A DNA stretch of 63,978 nt, the filler included, from Stramenopiles sp. TOSAG23-3 (taxonomy: Eukaryota): the NCBI GenBank assembly GCA_900128585.1. It is 3 parts of 3 records of this genome, joined end to end, with 100 filler letters (N's around TTAATTAATTAA, not from the genome) between each part and the next. Parts side by side here need not be neighbours in the genome. Positions count along the whole stretch, not along the records: positions 42,957 to 63,978 come from LT642364.1; 2 more parts are not named here. One strand, written 5' to 3'. How positions within the stretch are numbered: the first letter of the stretch is position 1; each line of letters opens with the position of its first letter. Both the position numbers and the translations under genes were made by a program. Below, one piece after another: positions 63,902 through 63,978 of this stretch. Below the pieces are notes generated by a model. The model did not search any database, had not been told where the DNA came from, and was given only the letters and a program-made list of their open reading frames with translations.

Positions 63902-63978
63902 AGCAAAAAGAAATATTATACTTGTAATAATTACCTATATAAATGCGTATAGTGATTAATACCCAGTTTTTCCGTCAT

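Overview
Eukaryotic nuclear DNA from a gene-dense, intron-poor flagellated protist, most likely a stramenopile (inferred from gene content and protein style). It is not prokaryotic: no CRISPR, operon, rRNA or tRNA was seen. About 25 protein genes sit in GC-balanced blocks between very AT-rich spacers. They include mitochondrial ClpP, ArgRS, 1-Cys peroxiredoxin, RPL24, dynein LC4, NDUFS5, a JmjC demethylase, RPN10, an Arl8/Arl18-type GTPase, a NEK kinase, ODA-DC2 (CCDC114/63 family), a CH25H/SMO-type sterol hydroxylase, an SMIM30-like microprotein, a 2903-aa FG-GAP/Calx-beta secreted mosaic protein and several orphans. I reconstructed six introns by hand, all with GTAAGT donors and ACTAAC-type branch points, including a 15-nt microexon. 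Two N-TTAATTAATTAA-N spacers are artificial contig joins. The main unexplained items are: (1) a ~500-nt GC-rich, apparently structured non-coding block behind NDUFS5, closed by a terminal stem and followed by T5; (2) a dispersed repeat family found almost only at gene 3' ends, carrying a decayed ORF whose stop codon position is conserved; (3) an 884-aa protein built from three copies of a domain I do not recognise; (4) a RING gene whose frame continues 88 codons past an in-frame TAA; (5) a pseudogenised IQUB fragment; and (6) a MITE, a 110-bp-arm inverted repeat, a perfect 34-bp palindrome and apparent TAC[A/T]GTA enrichment in promoter spacers. No complete new biological system can be proven from sequence alone.
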